Origin: Nitrospirales bacterium
Lineage (GTDB): Bacteria; Nitrospirota; Nitrospiria; Nitrospirales; UBA8639
Reading direction: 5' to 3'
Length of the DNA stretch: 64,000 nucleotides
Assembly: GCA_965203295.1 (NCBI GenBank)
Contig: CBDBCZ010000018.1
Location: 1,504,001 to 1,568,000, forward strand
A program made the position numbers and the translations under genes. A model generated the notes under the pieces. The model was not told the DNA's origin. It did no database searches and was given only the letters and a program-made list of their open reading frames with translations. Shown in pieces: positions 1-14,329 of the stretch (position 1 is its first letter; the number at the start of each line of letters is the position of its first letter).

Positions 1-750
1 GTCATACATAGTCTTAATAATTATCTCTCCACATCCTACTTAGAATCTTGCAAAATCTACCACATTCAATAGTGCATGCAATGCCTCTGTAATTACCCGG
101 GTCCTCAGCACCTTTTTACCAGCCGGAGCGCGTGCAGCACGTGAACGGCTGGTCCTAAGATTGCTTCACGCTTTTCGCGTCTGTTAGTTTGTCTGTTCGT
201 GCGTCCGCACTTACCACGTGCGCAGTATATTACGTCATACGTTACTATGCAACTGCCGTGTATAGCTACAGCAAATGAAGGTTGTTGTGTGCTGCCTAGA
301 TGGCGAAAACGTGGCAGGAAGCCGTAAAGATTCTGTTTTCGCGACATATAGCTACTAACTGGAAGCACACAACGAAACTGACGACTCAGCACTTTCGCTG
401 TACAGAGTTATGTAGATTGCTTAGTTTCTGCAGCTCAGCATAGTTACTATAATTTGTAGTTCTACAGTTGCAGTTACTTTGGCCTAAGCTGAGTTGTGTA
501 TTGTACGGGAAAGGTGGGAAAGGTTCCCGGCTAGTTTTTAGACATGAAATGTCAGACTTGTCTATACAAGCTAACAATTGACCCTTGTCTGCGGAATACT
601 CTCGTCTGTCCAAACTACTTCATATAAACTTTCAGCAGATTAGCCATTCCTTTGCCACCATACTTAAAAAGCTCCCCAACTAGCCCATCATTACCTTCTG
701 CTTTTTATTCTTTAGACTTTTAGAACATATCTTTTGAGTTCTGCATATGT
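1..750 (-). mobile_element. LINE reverse-transcriptase fragments (1-57 and ~580-750), interrupted by a Helentron-like copy
   Basis: 1-37 is identical to ~19928-19964. ~600-720 is the reverse complement of ~12660-12790 in the long LINE copy. Confidence 0.65.
113..561 (+). mobile_element. Non-autonomous Helentron/DINE-1-like element, copy 1
   Basis: The 5' end is TTTTT followed by an ACCAGCC...GGCTGGT stem-loop and a GTCTGTT/GTTT-type microsatellite. The 3' end has a subterminal CCGGCT, a GACAT-GAA-ATGTC hairpin and a CTTGT terminus. Homologous to 5517-5599, 16945-17450 and 47933-49295. Confidence 0.7.
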
Positions 751-3700
751 ACCTACCAACTCGCGCTGAATATCTGTCAATGAACATAAATGATCCTGAA
801 GGAATATCTGTTATTTGTGCGTCTATACCATTACTACGGTCAATGAACGTCAATGACCCAGAAGGGTTGATATGAGCATGAGAGGTGTATGTCCCCGTAT
901 TACCAACAATAATACCATTGTGCTAAGAGCTGGACAAACAAGAGCATATACATACAAAGAAAGTGACAAGGGTACAGTGAAATGTCTAGTTCGCAGTTTT
1001 TGATACAAACAGACGACTGGTCAAACGTACAATTTAATAACGTCCACACTATAGATCTATGTGTGCATTTTAATAGATCAATAATTATATCACGCCAAGT
1101 TCATGGAAACAGGAGGGGCACCTTAACCCTAGAACAGTAGCTACACAATCATGCCACTCACATGCCAGTTTGATGTAGTTTCCTGACTGCAACAGACTGC
1201 ATTTATGTCAGTATAGAAATTTGAAATAGCACTGACCTGTGTGGTAGAGGTTTGCAAAGCTCAAAACTTTACTGTGTAACAGCTTGTAATGGGCAAAGGA
1301 GTGCTTCTTATATGAAAGGCCTTGCAATTGAAAACGTACAGCTGTAGAATATTGTACAACTGTGGAATATTCATAGCGTCTGGTTCACTAAAGCAGTTTC
1401 ACAAGCCAGCACACTTACATTCTACAGCATCCATCACTTACAGTATTGGCATGTGGAAGAGACATGTGCTGATAGCCTGATGCTGACACTCTTCCACATG
1501 CCATGCTGATACTGAAAGTAATGGGTTTGATTCTGTGACTACCACTGAAGTTACCACCTGCCCTTAACAGAGACAAGAAAAGTACAAGTGTAGGCCAGAG
1601 CAAGTTGTCACCCCACCCCACCCATGCCCCACAGCCCCTGCACAGGTGACACTCAATCTACTTCCACAACAAATGTACACTTGTTTACACAACTGTGTGA
1701 ACAAACAAATATAACTAGGAGGTAAGATGCAAAAAGCCTTGTGTCAAAGTACCATTTGGTAAGTGTTCTACAAATGCCTGTCCAATCCTACTAATGCATT
1801 TCTTCTGATTTGAAAGCATGTCCACGTATGTAATAGGGCCAATGCTCTGTAAGTATACGAACATACTATCATAAGTAAAGTACAAAGGACTAAAACACTG
1901 ACAGCTATTTGGACTTTGTGAGTGCGGTGATGGTGTGTGTAGCACCTAGAGCTGACCAGCAGCTACATACAGCTCTTAATTTGACTCACACCAGGAAAGC
2001 CTCCATGAATTAAAAGTGAACAAAGGTTTTACTGTAGTTTAGCTTTTCTCTGGTCTCCTAATCCTTCAATTACAATAGAAAAACTACTGATAAACATGAT
2101 TTGCTAATCAATCCAAAAAGTTAGCAACACCCAACAGCCAGACACTGAAGCCAGACACACTAATTTTTTCCAGCCCAGTTGCTAGGGTAGGCTAAGGTTC
2201 CCCAGTGGTTATTGATAATGACAAGATCACCATTGCACTACATGTCCAACTACCTCTGTGATTGCACATCAACATGACTGTTTTCAAAGAGCGTATATAT
2301 ATATATAACTATATATAAACTATTAAATGCACTCATGCTGTTGACAGATATTGGTATTGTCATTACCACGGATCAGCAGCTGTTTGATAGAGATTCCTTC
2401 AGACCCAGTTACTCACTTATTGGTTCAATAAAGTGACACCTGTTAATTCAAAGTTTCAGCTAACTGTGAGACATGATCAAGCATTGTTCTCAGCTGCTGG
2501 TCGACACTAGCTACCAGGAATCCAATACCTGATTCTGTGAAAGTGTTTAGCCAACTACGTACATTGTCTACTATTGCACCTACGAACACGTACAAACTGA
2601 TCGATTTACCTTCCCAACTGCTTGAAGAGGCATAAGGGACTTGATCTTGACCAGCTGCCTTGTACTACCGGGAACAAACAACTTCTCCTTGCCGAACACT
2701 GACACATCAGACCTGTGTGGCATAATTCACACTCACAACAGGCAGAATGGAGCTACATGTAGACAGAAACTGCCCAGAGCTTTGTTTAGCCAATTAATAA
2801 CACTATGCTAAAGGAGATGTAGAATCAACTTACCCGGTAGTATACGGTTGGTACATATGTACACATATGCATGGTTCTTGCCACACTAATTATTCTACAC
2901 TCAAACATTACATTTATCTCCAACATTAAAATTTTACACTGCTTCCTAGCCCTGCACCCAAATACTGGTATTCTTATACCTCTGTTAGCATCAGTTTTTT
3001 ACATTTCAAATGGACTTACTCTTCCTCTTTATTTTCAAGCTTGTTGAGATTAACAGCTTCAAAGCCCGCAGCAGGGTCAAACTTTACAACTTCCGAGTAC
3101 ATTGGACCTGTAGTGGTGTTCTGGATCTGAACTTCAAGAAGAATATCATCCTGCGTGGTTTATTATGCAGTTCATTATTCACAAGCCATCAACTACGTAC
3201 ATAATTACGTGGCCTCATTCCCAGGTACTCTGAAAATACATAGTGTGGGGGATACAAGCTACTATGGGAACAGGGTTAGTGTACTTTATACAATTCTTGA
3301 GATGGTCTGTTAATGAAGCAGAGTGTTTGATCTTGTCTAGTAGTACATGTAGATCTACTGACAACCCTCAACAAGCAGATCAGTGATCAGCTACAGGTAC
3401 TTTGTAACTATTCTGCACAGTCCCTGTGTCCATTGTTCACGCTCTGGCTGGTTATAGAATTTCAGCTACCTGACAGACATAAATTCCCCTACACACGTAG
3501 AAGAACATTTTGCTAATGCTCTTATCACACCTCTGTACATACCTCTATGTTAAAAAACTTCGTCTTTACATCAAGTGGTTTAGCAACCTGTATTTGAAAG
3601 AGACACAAGACCATAATTTAGCACACTGTCAGCAATGGACTGAATACAGCTTACAATCAATGCCAAAGTTACACTCAAGGCTTTACTATTTACAGTAAAA

Positions 3701-5127
3701 TGCTTACATTGAACTTGAAAAACTTGCGAAGGAAATGTTCTTCTCCTGCGGAGTGCACAGTGTAGGTGGAAGTACAGATGAGGCTGTAGTAATATATAAC
3801 GTTGAGGAAATCAAGAGATTGGTACTTTAAAAACCGCTCTATGAGGGTTTTGAAAGGCGTGTTGCATGCGACTTCACAAACAAAAAGCATTTGAGGTCGT
3901 GCCTAGCACTGGAGGGACAGTGGAGATATCCTTTACAGGTGAATGTGACATAGATCTACGTCCAAATAACGTAAGTCACATATGAAGCTACATAACATAC
4001 TTCTATGTTGATGTTCTCACCCACCCATTCCCTTCAATGCATATACACTCTCTCATTACCTACATAGACAGTTATGTGTATCCCTTATAGCTTCGAATCA
4101 AGGCTACGTATATCTCTTACCTCTGCTCTCCCAGTTCCTTTACTTCATGCGCTATGATTCGCTCTTAACAACTCCCCCTGGGTCCAGCTGGAAGGAGTCA
4201 ATAGTTTCACCTGTACAATGTGAAGACGCAACTACTATACACACTGCCAAGTTCAAGATAAGTGCTGCAGTGAGCAGTAACTATAGCAGCAATTAGCGAT
4301 AAAAATTTGTGACTTGTCCTTATAAGGAATATAAACGGAGCAGATCTGTATGGCCTTCAGACACAAAACTTCAGTACAGACAGAGTCAGCCATCTCCTAT
4401 ACCTATGCATTACATGCATAATTTGTCCTAATATTGCTAGGGTCGCAACTAAGCCTTCCCACACCGATATTTTATGGTCATGAAAAAAAACTGGCAATAC
4501 GACACGACACTATGTAGCTTTAATTACTTGGTGACTGCAAGACCAGACAGAGATCATATACGTACATAGTTCTGTCTGTTACATGACATTTTGTACAGAT
4601 GCTCACTCCATGGCTCTGCTGCAACCTACCTTAAAGATGGTTTCCTTCACCACCTCCTGGCTGTCGTTGTGCACGGTAACAAAGCCACTGAAATTTTCTC
4701 CCAGGTAGATCATCCTTGAACGGGGAGAGGGTAAGAATGGTCAGCTTTCACAATCAGCAGCCAAAGGCAACTACATATACGTATATGTATATGCATGCAC
4801 ATGCTCCTGCAACTCACAGGCCGTAATCTCACAAATACAACAGTCAGCAATACTGCAGTTTCTTGGCTGGACCTTCGCCATTCAAACGTGGTGTTCTGGT
4901 ACTGTGCCGTATCATGTAGATGGCGGAGCTCCCTTCCAGAGCCATCCCTCAGGGGGAGCAATTTCAACAATCTTCTTGACATGAGTTTGGTGGATGAGTA
5001 TGGGACGATTGCAGCGGGACCTCAAACATGTGACTGCTTCAGTGTATTGGTCTTCAGATCGGGAACAACTACTACACAGTGGCAAAAAGAGATATATATA
5101 GAAAAAAGGAGAGTTCTAGAATGTTCC

Positions 5128-5172
5128 AAGAACAGGTGGCACAAGAACAGGTGGCACAAGAACAGGTGGCAA
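5128..5172. repeat. 15-bp tandem repeat x3 (CAAGAACAGGTGGCA)
   Basis: Directly visible in the sequence. Confidence 0.9.
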
Positions 5173-5201
5173 GGACAAGGGAAAATCAGGAGTCAGAAGT
5201 C

Positions 5202-5513
5202 TATGTACAAGAAAACAGGAAAGGGCCTAAAGCATCTTTGAGCATGGTTACAACTACAACATGAACAATAGCTAATCATTGACATATCTCTAACAGACGT
5301 ACATGTATGTACATGTGGATCGACAAATGTGACGTACATGTATGTATTGCCACACTATTGACCCAGACGTGAATTTCCATGCCATAGAGTTTGCAGTATT
5401 CTCAATCGCGGCAATGTTATGAAAATGGCAGTGCTACATGTACCAAAAGCAACTTGTACTGTACCAATTCATTCTCACTACTGTTGATGACAATTGTCCA
5501 AGTGCTGGATTTT
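5202..5513. repeat. Direct duplication of 20934-21370 (this copy has an internal deletion)
   Basis: The ATGTACAAG..GAAAGGGCCTAAAGCATC to GTGCTGGATTTT block is near-identical at both sites. About 125 bp is missing here after GTGAC. Confidence 0.9.
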
Positions 5514-5516
5514 AAT

Positions 5517-5599
5517 AGCTTGGCCTAAGCTGAGTTGTGTGTATTGTACGGGGAAAGGCGTCCGGCTGTTTTTTTAGACATGAAATGTCAGACTTGTTT
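5517..5599 (+). mobile_element. Helentron-like element, isolated 3' end
   Basis: Matches 478-561, including CCGGCTG, the GACATGAAATGTC hairpin and the CTTGTT end. Confidence 0.7.
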
Positions 5600-6065
5600 G
5601 ATCAGAGTTTGCAGGTGGGTAATTATAGCTGGAGGCCTGCCTGACTCACCTGCCTGGCTGCTATATACCACTTCAGTTCCCTCTGTGTGGCGTCATTGTG
5701 GTCTGGTGGAGAGTAGAAAGAGGGAATTAATCAACTCCAATAACCTTAGAGCAGTTACCCTCTCACGGCCAGTGAACTATAGAGCCTTTTTATAGAACTG
5801 AGTTAATTTTTTTGTGTTCCAAAGTCAGACTGACTGTGTTATATATCGATCACTTATCTGCCTGTTTAATACATGTACATCTAGATGTTTTGATACTACA
5901 TGAGTGCACGTACTTAAATGTACTTTATTGTATGTTTCACTGTGTCTGTAATAGGGTCACGCTGTGGCAGCCACCTCCCTATAATGGCCACCATATGTGG
6001 CCCAACCTACATGTTGGTAGTGCACAGTGGACCTCGTAATACCGTGGATACAACCACCTCTTATA

Positions 6066-6636
6066 CCGTATAGCGGGAAATTTTCACCCGGCGTAAATTT
6101 TCGCCAATTTCGCCAGTCAGCTCAAGTGCGAAAAATTAACCGGTGAAATTTTAACAGGTGAATTTTTTACACATAGTCAACGGTAGCATGCAGCTGCGAA
6201 AGTTAAGCTCACCATCGACTACCGGTATGGCTCTGCTGCGATATTTACCACATGGACAGCTCCCTGACTCAATGGGGGCACTGTCATCTTCGTTGCTATC
6301 ATCGGCAATTGCGGAAGCGAACGTAGCCGTTACCAACGCTCGGCACAAAGAAGAGGCTACAAAGGCAAAAAGAGGGCCTTATACGTATGATGCTAAGTAA
6401 TGAACTGAAGTCCAAATCGCTAGTGAGAACGGAGATTCTGCGGCAGCAAGACACTTTTTCAACCTTCTCGAGACTGCTAAACTGCTGTGTTGAATGGAAT
6501 AATTATTGATAATGCCATCGAATTTAATTTTAGACAATTGCATGAGCGCGAAAATAAATCTGCCGAAATTTTCCGGCAATACTACGCATCTGGGTTTGGC
6601 GAAATTTCTCCTCAGCGAAAATTTCCCGCTATACGG
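6066..6636 (+). mobile_element. Tc1/mariner-pogo-like non-autonomous element nested in another MITE
   Basis: TIR CCGTATAGCGGGAAATTTTC / GAAAATTTCCCGCTATACGG is flanked by TA on both sides. It contains a decayed N-terminal transposase-like HTH (KRGPYTY..ASENGDSAAARHF) with stops. Confidence 0.8.
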
Positions 6637-7414
6637 TATTACAGCCATTGTCCGAGGGTGAATGCTTACTATAGAGATTCCACTATAGGTTTGGGTGGAT
6701 TAATTAAAATTGGAAGCCACGATAACTTTGTCCACTTGATGCTTACATAAAATGGGACAAAATAGTTATCTTAGGCTTCGCCCAGGATTCTACTACTTTA
6801 TGGACACAATCACATTCCAAACGTGGCAATAGAATTATTGTCAGTGGGCTATTCAAGAATTTCAAATTGTATTTTTCAGATCAACATTTTACCAACTGGT
6901 AGCAAAGAAAAATGGAGGTGCAATTTATGTGAGAAATAGTGACGTTAGCCTAACACAAAACATGTTTCAAAACAACTCTGCCTATCACGGAGGTACTCTA
7001 TATGCTCACGAGAGCAGCAGAATTATGGTAACAAACAACACGTTTCTGAACAACATTGCCAAGGAAGGAGGTGCCATCTACGTCAGAATAGCATTGCCAT
7101 CCTCACAGAGACAGCTAACGAAGGAGGCAGTCTTAATACTACAAATAGTATCCCAAACTTAACATTTTCAGAATAACCTCGCATATACTTATGGAACAAC
7201 TCTGCAAACAACAACACATTCAACAGCGAACTTACACCAACAGAAAACACATTTTAGAATAATACCGCTGATTACAGAGGTTCTCTTGATGTCAGAAGCT
7301 CTATGCTATCCCTCACAAGGAACACGTTTCAAAGAAACTCTGCTCATTTGATGGGTGGTACTCTTCAATCCGTTAACAGTAGCCTAAAGCTCATGAAGAA
7401 CATACTTCAAAATA

Positions 7415-7665
7415 ATACTGACGCTGTAGCCTCTGCCGCTGCAGTCTACTCTGTGAGAGCATCCCTAAGCTAGCTGCACTGCAGCCACCGTGGCCACGTG
7501 AACAATCTGGAATATTACGGAAACTATTTGAAATGTTATATTGAACCGCAAAACAATATGCAGTATGTACGTACGCACGTACACACGCATGTACGTACAC
7601 CGTACGCACAGACAAATTCTCAATTGAACACACTAGTGCGGGGCTCGCTCATGCTCGCCCAATTA
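7415..7665 (+). mobile_element. Small non-autonomous element ending in a GGGGCTCGCTCATGCTCGCCCC hairpin
   Basis: Interrupts the Pmp-like frame. It has a GTAC/GCAC microsatellite and a terminal GC hairpin. Confidence 0.45.
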
Positions 7666-8982
7666 TAAACATGCTGATAAGCTTCAACAGCTCCAAATAA
7701 GTGGAAGTGTTAACAATGTAGCTACAGAGAGTGGAGGAGGAGCTTATGTATCAAGTAATCATGGAGTACGATAGTACTCCATATGTAGGGATGGCACGGC
7801 AAAAAAATGGCGGCCCCATATAACGCGTACAAAATCATACGTTCAGAACTCGGCTTTGATTATAGTCATAGGCTTTTATGAGCCATATTATGACATCTCG
7901 AGTGTTTTCATCAGCAACAAGACTGTTGGCGTTGCTAGAAACCTTCGCTGGAGTACCAGACGGGCAAGTCGACACAGTGGAGGGGAGGGGCGTAATCGTA
8001 CAATTCTTTCTTCTTTCTTCAGCCAGGCTAGCACGATAATGGCTGAAGCGATCACAATGATTCAAGCGTGAACAAGCTGGATATTCCCCGGGGTATTGCA
8101 CTCGGAGCATAGCTTATTCAAAAAAATCGAATGGATTCAGCAGTGATTTACGAGTACTCTTGAGTGGACGCTTGCCGTTCCACGCCATTTAATGACTACT
8201 GTTCCGTTCCGTCCCGAGTTTTAGTTACCGCCCCGTACTTCACGTGTTCGTCTATTTAACGCCCACCTTTGATCGTGCCAGCTGTCCGGGCCTGAGCTTC
8301 ATCTTCTGGGTGTATGTCACACGAAATCACACGAAAATTTAGCTATAATACACTTACTCACAAGGCTGATTATATGTTTGTTGGCCCTAGTCCAAACGGC
8401 TTCTGGCCAGAGATACTGTTTAAGAGTTGTAAGTTGTCTGCAACAAATTTGCCTTGTTCTCTGGGCCTTTCTGTTTGCCTTTGTTATGTTTCATGAGCCA
8501 CTTTTGTCTATGAATACTAGCACAAGCAGAAAAGCCTTGGAAAGGAGGTTTATCGCATCCGGACTACCCCTACCATCCGGAGCCCCCCTCGCTTACTCTA
8601 TTGGAGGGGGCAGTCAGCTATTCGTCTTTGTGACACTAGAAAATGCAATACATATAATTGTCCTCGAAGATAATTCATATAGAGTACGGTACTAGCTACT
8701 CCATAATAAATGCTAGGGCAGCTCCCCTTGCTAGCTGTAATGCCGACCTTGACAAGAAAAGGGCAACCTCACATGCCAGTTACATAGCTGATCCTGACAC
8801 AGAGACCTTTCCCCCCATGCACATGCAGACGAAGGCCTTCTTGGTGCTGACTGGGGTACAAATCGAAACCTATACTACATGCAATCATCCTCAAACACAT
8901 TCCATCCCAACACTATCCCTATACCATACACAGTTACACCAACACATTTGTTACTACCTCCCAAAAAACACCCCAAAACAAG

Positions 8983-10012
8983 TTACAGAAAAAGCACTTT
9001 GCCAAAGTGCAAAAACAAGTTATGTAGGGATGCACTTCCACCAAAAAACACTTCCCCAAAAACCAATGAAACAAGCAACAGTGCACACCACAATGCATGC
9101 ACAGACTACCCACACATCACAGTGCAATGCATTTACCGCGTAGCTACCATCCCTACATCTTTCCAACCACACCCACCACAATCTGTACCATGCCCCCATA
9201 CTCAACAGCACACCGAATACTTCCTTTAACACACACAACCATCCACAATCATCATCAAGTTCATCAACCATGACACCTCGTCTCCATCCAACTTACTTCT
9301 TATATCCACAATCATCACATACTTTACAAAACATATCACCCTACACTACAACCAACCCAAACCTTCACAGGAGCACTACTCCCATCAAAATGCACTTCGC
9401 TCCACCATTCACCATTCACAAGTACAATTGAGCAGAGCAATTCCTCACAACACCACACTGCCACCTACACACACAACTAACACAACCCACATCAACCACC
9501 ATACAACGCACTCAACAAAGTTTCTACACTTTACCAAACGCACCCACATTGACCTCCTCTACAAAGAACCTGCACACACAAGTATCTCACAACACACTCA
9601 CAAACTTCATAACACTCCACCTGGCATAACCAAACACCCCCCAAGTCCCTATACAAACACCATATTTTATGACTACATCCTCAATGACTCACTAGTCCAC
9701 ATTCTACAGTTTCAGCTACCTTCCACAACCACCACATTCTCAGTCATTAGCATTGAGCAATACGCACACACCAAATTACACTACCACTCTTCACATCTCA
9801 CATATACGTATACATGGTTGTGGTGGGTGTGGTTGGAAAGATGTAGGGATGGTAGCTACGCGGTAAATGCATTGCGCTGTGATGTGTGGGTAGTCTGTGC
9901 ATGCAATGTGGTGTGCACTGTTGCTTGTTTCATTGGTTTTTGGGGAAGTGTTTTTTGGTGGAAGTGCATCCCTACATAACTTGTTTTTGCACTTTGGCAA
10001 AGTGCTTTTTGT
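8983..10012. mobile_element. ~1 kb element with ~200 bp inverted repeats (ATGTAGGGATG family)
   Basis: ~8990-9181 is the reverse complement of ~9818-10010. The core is C/A-rich. Homologous to 60712-61686. Confidence 0.8.
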
Positions 10013-10779
10013 AGTTAGCATTGAGCAAATGACAACTTTGTGGGAAATTCATTACAATGTGGTGGGTTATTACTGATCACTGCAAGACTCCACATTAAAC
10101 CTTTAAAACTAACTGCAATCATCCATTTTATGAAATATGTTGCAAGACAAAATGGAGGAGCAATGAAAGTCCAAGAAAGCAACCCTTTGAATTCTACTGC
10201 TGACCTATCCTGTGAATTCTTGACTGGAAGTGACTACTTCCAACGGTAAGCAGGTATAATGACAGCACTAACATTTCACAGATCCATGAACTAGAAAATG
10301 TAAGTCTCTACATTTTAAGAGCAATAGCACTGCAGTAGCAGGTGATACTTTATATGGTGGATCAGTTGACAACTGTAGTTTGAGACTTCTGCATATTCAA
10401 CAATGGAATTTTTCCCGTACCAATATTCCAGAAGTGGAGAAATATTCAACCACATAATTATAAGTCCGATTTGACATATCTTCAGCCCCACTGTATGTGT
10501 GCATGTGCAATCACAGTAAAACAGACTGCAGTGTTCTCTCCTTCACAAGGTCAGTGTATCTCGGAGGGAGAGTGAACATTTCCGTGATTGCATATGGACA
10601 AAGAAACGGAAAGACTCCTGCTGTAATACACAACATAACACCCATGGGTACGATCACGATTGATGATCATGAAACACTCAAAGTACCACACTCAGTTGTA
10701 CTTTTCTCAACTATACAGTGCAGACTCGTGCAGTAGGAACCACTCAAGTAGTGATCAAAGGTTCTATAATTGAAGAATA

Positions 10780-13700
10780 TATGCACCACTTCAGAAAGAT
10801 AATAATGTCTCACCAAGTCCTGGATATATGAGGCTACAATAAGGACAGAATAATATTATGCTAAACAATAGGGGTACGGAGATCCAGACGTATACTACAG
10901 AAATGATCCTAGTGAGTATAGTCTCACCCATGGATAGCAGGGGTGTTAGTGTTGGGGTGGTTAGAAAGATTTCTAGCTGTTTAAGGAAGATAGGCTGTAG
11001 ATGTGTTTTGGATGAGTCAGTGAAATGGGAGTTCATGCCGTCACAGTTGAAGTATTCAAATAAGTTTTGTGGGTTACCATCTGGTATAGAAGGTACTGCT
11101 GATTCGGAGGATGATGTTGAAGAGTATAGTGAAGGTCATAGGAAATCTGTTGTAGATATGAAAGCCAGGTTAGGGTAGCTGAGAGGGGAGAAAGGGAGGT
11201 TCGAGTAGCCACCTGGAATTTTACTCTGTAGTCAGCGTAAACAAAAGGAGGTTGCTGGGGCTCTAGAGAAAAACAACATAGATGTTTGTGCAGGCCAGGA
11301 GTCATCTACAATTTCTGTAGAATGGTACAAATGGTTCGGGAAGCCTAAGCAAGGTTATTCTGAGAGTAGGAGAGGAGAGGGAGGAGTGGGATTCTTGGTA
11401 AAGGAGGGCTTAGCCAGTGGAATAGAGCTTATTAAGGATGGAGTTATAAAGAAAGCACGTAGATTAATATCAAAGGAGAGAGAGGCAGGAATACTTTGTT
11501 TTTCGGTTGTCTTTACCACAATGCCCACAGATAGTGAAAATGTTTCCTTTATTGAAAGTAGTTACAGTGCAATGAAAGAGCATGTGCTTTGCATGAAGGA
11601 GAGGGGTCAGGTTGTGCTTGTAGTTTATTTTAATACCAGAGTGGGAAAATCTTTCGAATTGGATGATGTAATGGTGAAGGAAAATGTAATGCAGTGGTAA
11701 CAGGTTGATTTCCTTCTTGAATGAGGTTGAGCTTGAAGTCTGTAATGGCCGTGAGTTCACTGTGGAACCACAGTGAACTAGAGCTGGACCTCTGAAGCAG
11801 AAGTTTATCATTGATTATATATAGTTACTGATTTCAACTTGTTGCAGGTTTCAGGGAGTGTGCATGTAGATACAACGGATATAGGAAAATCGGATCACTT
11901 TCTGGTATGGATGGAATTGGGTAGGACTGTAAAAACCACGGGTTATTAAGGAATGGCGCATTGAACGGTTTCAGGACGAGGAAGGGAGACAGAAGTATCA
12001 GGAAGCCCTAAGTGGAGAAGTAGATGGGTTTCAAAAAAGGGTACGCCAATGGAAAACGCAGGGGATGAGGGGATCAGAATTAGTGAAGGCAGTGGTTCAG
12101 GATTGGGGAGATACGGTGAAGAGGGTAGCATCAAAAGAAATTGTGGAAAAGGTGATAGTGTGTGGCAAAGCGGCGAGGTGGTGGGATGGTGAGATTAAAG
12201 AGAAGATTAGGTTGAGGAGACAGGTGTATAAGGAGATTAGCAGTGGCAGGAAGATAAATGGGGGGGAGTATTACAAATTACGTTCCGAATCAAGGAATTG
12301 GTACGTTAAAAAAATTTGATGGATGGAATGAGGTGATTGAAAAGGCTAATAAAGATTTTCATGAAAACAGGAAAGAGTTTTGGGCATTTTTTGGCAAGAC
12401 TTCAAAAGGTAGCCGTAAGGGTATTGCCTGTTTGAGGAGTACTTCAGGCTCATGTGTAACCAGTATAAGGGAAAGTTGGAAGTATTACGTGAGCATTATG
12501 AAAGGTTGGGTACAGCATTATTGGATGATCAGTTTGATGATAGCTGGAAAGAGCATATAGATAAGAAAATGACAGAGTACATGTGTATAGTGAAATGTCT
12601 AGTTTGCAGAAGGATAAGGTTTTGGATAGAGGGATTAGTTATGCACAAATTAAAAAGTGTTCTGAAAGCCTAAAGAATAATAAAACATGAGGTAATGGTG
12701 GGCTAGTTGGGGAACTTTTTATGTACGGTGGCAAAGAGATGGCTAATGATAAATCTGTTGAAAGTCTAATATGGGGTAGTTTGGACAGAGGAGAGTATTC
12801 CTAAACAATGGAGACAAGGGTTAATTGTTAGCTTGTATAAGAAAGGTGATGCTGAGGACCCGGGTAATCACAGAAACTTTACGCTATTGAATGTGGTAGG
12901 AAAGCTGTTTTGCAAGATTCTAAATAATCGCTTAGTAAGAATCAGAAAGGGCTCTCCCTGAGGTTCAGGTAGGATTTAGAGAGAGAAGGAGTTGTGTTGA
13001 TAACATCTCTACTCTAAATGAAATTGTACAAGGTAGAATGAGGGAAGGAAAGCACTTACGCTTTTTTCTTAGATGTTCAGAAAGCATTTCACACAGTTTG
13101 GCATGATGGTTTATGGTTTATGGTTTAAGTTACGGGAACTAGGGATTAGGGGTAGGATGTGTATGACATCACACAGAGTGCTGTTTTACTGGAGGGAGAT
13201 ATATCTGAGCCATTCAATATAGGTCAGGGGTGGTACAGGGTTGTAGTACGTATGTTGCCTATCCTCTTTTCCATTTCTATTAATCAGTTGTTAGATGAGG
13301 TTGAGAAGGCTGGGATTGGCATTACTGTTGAGAAGGATGTTAAGGTTGGGGGTCTTATGTTTGCTGATGATTATGTAGGTTTAACTACTAATGCTGAAGA
13401 CTTACAAGCCTTGATTAATGCAGTGCAGGGATTTTGTAATAAATGGAGGTTGAAATCTAACATAAAAAAGAGCGCTGTTGTGGTATTTTCTAAAGAGGTT
13501 AATACAGGGGCATGTACATGGAAGTGGGGAAATAAAGACATTCCAGAGGTTGTAAGTTACTGTTACTTGGGGATTGAATTTGCTAATAATGGTTCATGGG
13601 ATAGTCATGTACAAAAGGTAATAAATAGTGGAAAGAAAAAACTGAATCAATTACACAGGTTTTTAAGTAATAGGAATATCAGTAGAGCTGCAAGAAGTGT

Positions 13701-14327
13701 CGGTACTTCGCCCTACTTTAGAATGTGGTAGTGAAGTGTAAGCTTGTAATAAACGGCAAATAGCTTTTTGGAGTCTATTAGGATCAGCTAAAAAGATACT
13801 TGGCTGCTCTTCTAAAGCGTGTAATGAAGCAGTAAGGAGGGATATGGGGTCAGAATCTTTGAAAGGCAGAAGGGATAGATGCAAACATTAAGTGGTGGTA
13901 TAAAGTCAATCATTTGGATGCTGAGAGATATCCTAGACTACTACTAGACAGTGACTGGGAAGTGAAGCCACATAGAGGTAGGCAGAGGAAGACCTGGAGG
14001 AAAAGTAATTAGTGAATTGTTGCTGCAACTAAATTTAGACAGTCAGGAACTACTAGCTGAAGATTATAATGTAAACTTGTTTTCAGAGAGAGTAGATGAA
14101 GCATTGAGATACAGAGAATATACAGACTTTAATGATGGCTTAAGTTAAACTGAGTCTTTACAAGTCTTTTTGTAAGGAAATAGAATTAATTGCAGTGGGT
14201 TGGGGATCTAGGAACACGATAGATGTTTAAGTTTAGATCTGGTACTAATGGCCTGAATGAAGAATTAGGAAGATATATAGGGTGAAAATGATGATAGGCA
14301 GTGTAAGTTATGTTGGGGAAAATGTGA
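10780..14327 (+). mobile_element. Degenerate non-LTR retrotransposon (APE endonuclease + RT), 3'-truncated
   Basis: Endonuclease motifs IDVCAGQES, GGVGFLV and SDH. RT motifs LYKKGDAEDPGN, FLDVQKAF, PILFSISIN, LMFADD and YCYLGI. C-terminal CKLC. Many stops and frameshifts. The left boundary is approximate. Confidence 0.85.
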
Positions 14328-14329
14328 CT

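Larger units (their letters stand above)
6780..10770 (+). pseudogene. Decayed Pmp-like right-handed beta-helix repeat protein (sponge-expanded family), split by insertions
   Basis: FxNN/GGA(I/L) repeats at 6800-7400 and 7670-7760 (FQNNSAYHGGTLY, FLNNIAKEGGAIYV). At 10012-10770: AGDTLYGGSVDNC, ISSAPLYVCMC and SVYLGGRVNISVIAYGQRNG. Many frameshifts. Confidence 0.7.

Noticed and set aside
750..2550. Further TRAPPC13 3' exons
   Set aside because: Exon-like segments exist, but none matched the expected GKLDIVW/GRLQT motifs, so they are left unassigned.
6780..10770. Bacterial (chlamydial) Pmp contamination or recent HGT
   Set aside because: It is embedded among eukaryotic repeats, decayed, and has sponge-type downstream motifs with no autotransporter barrel visible.
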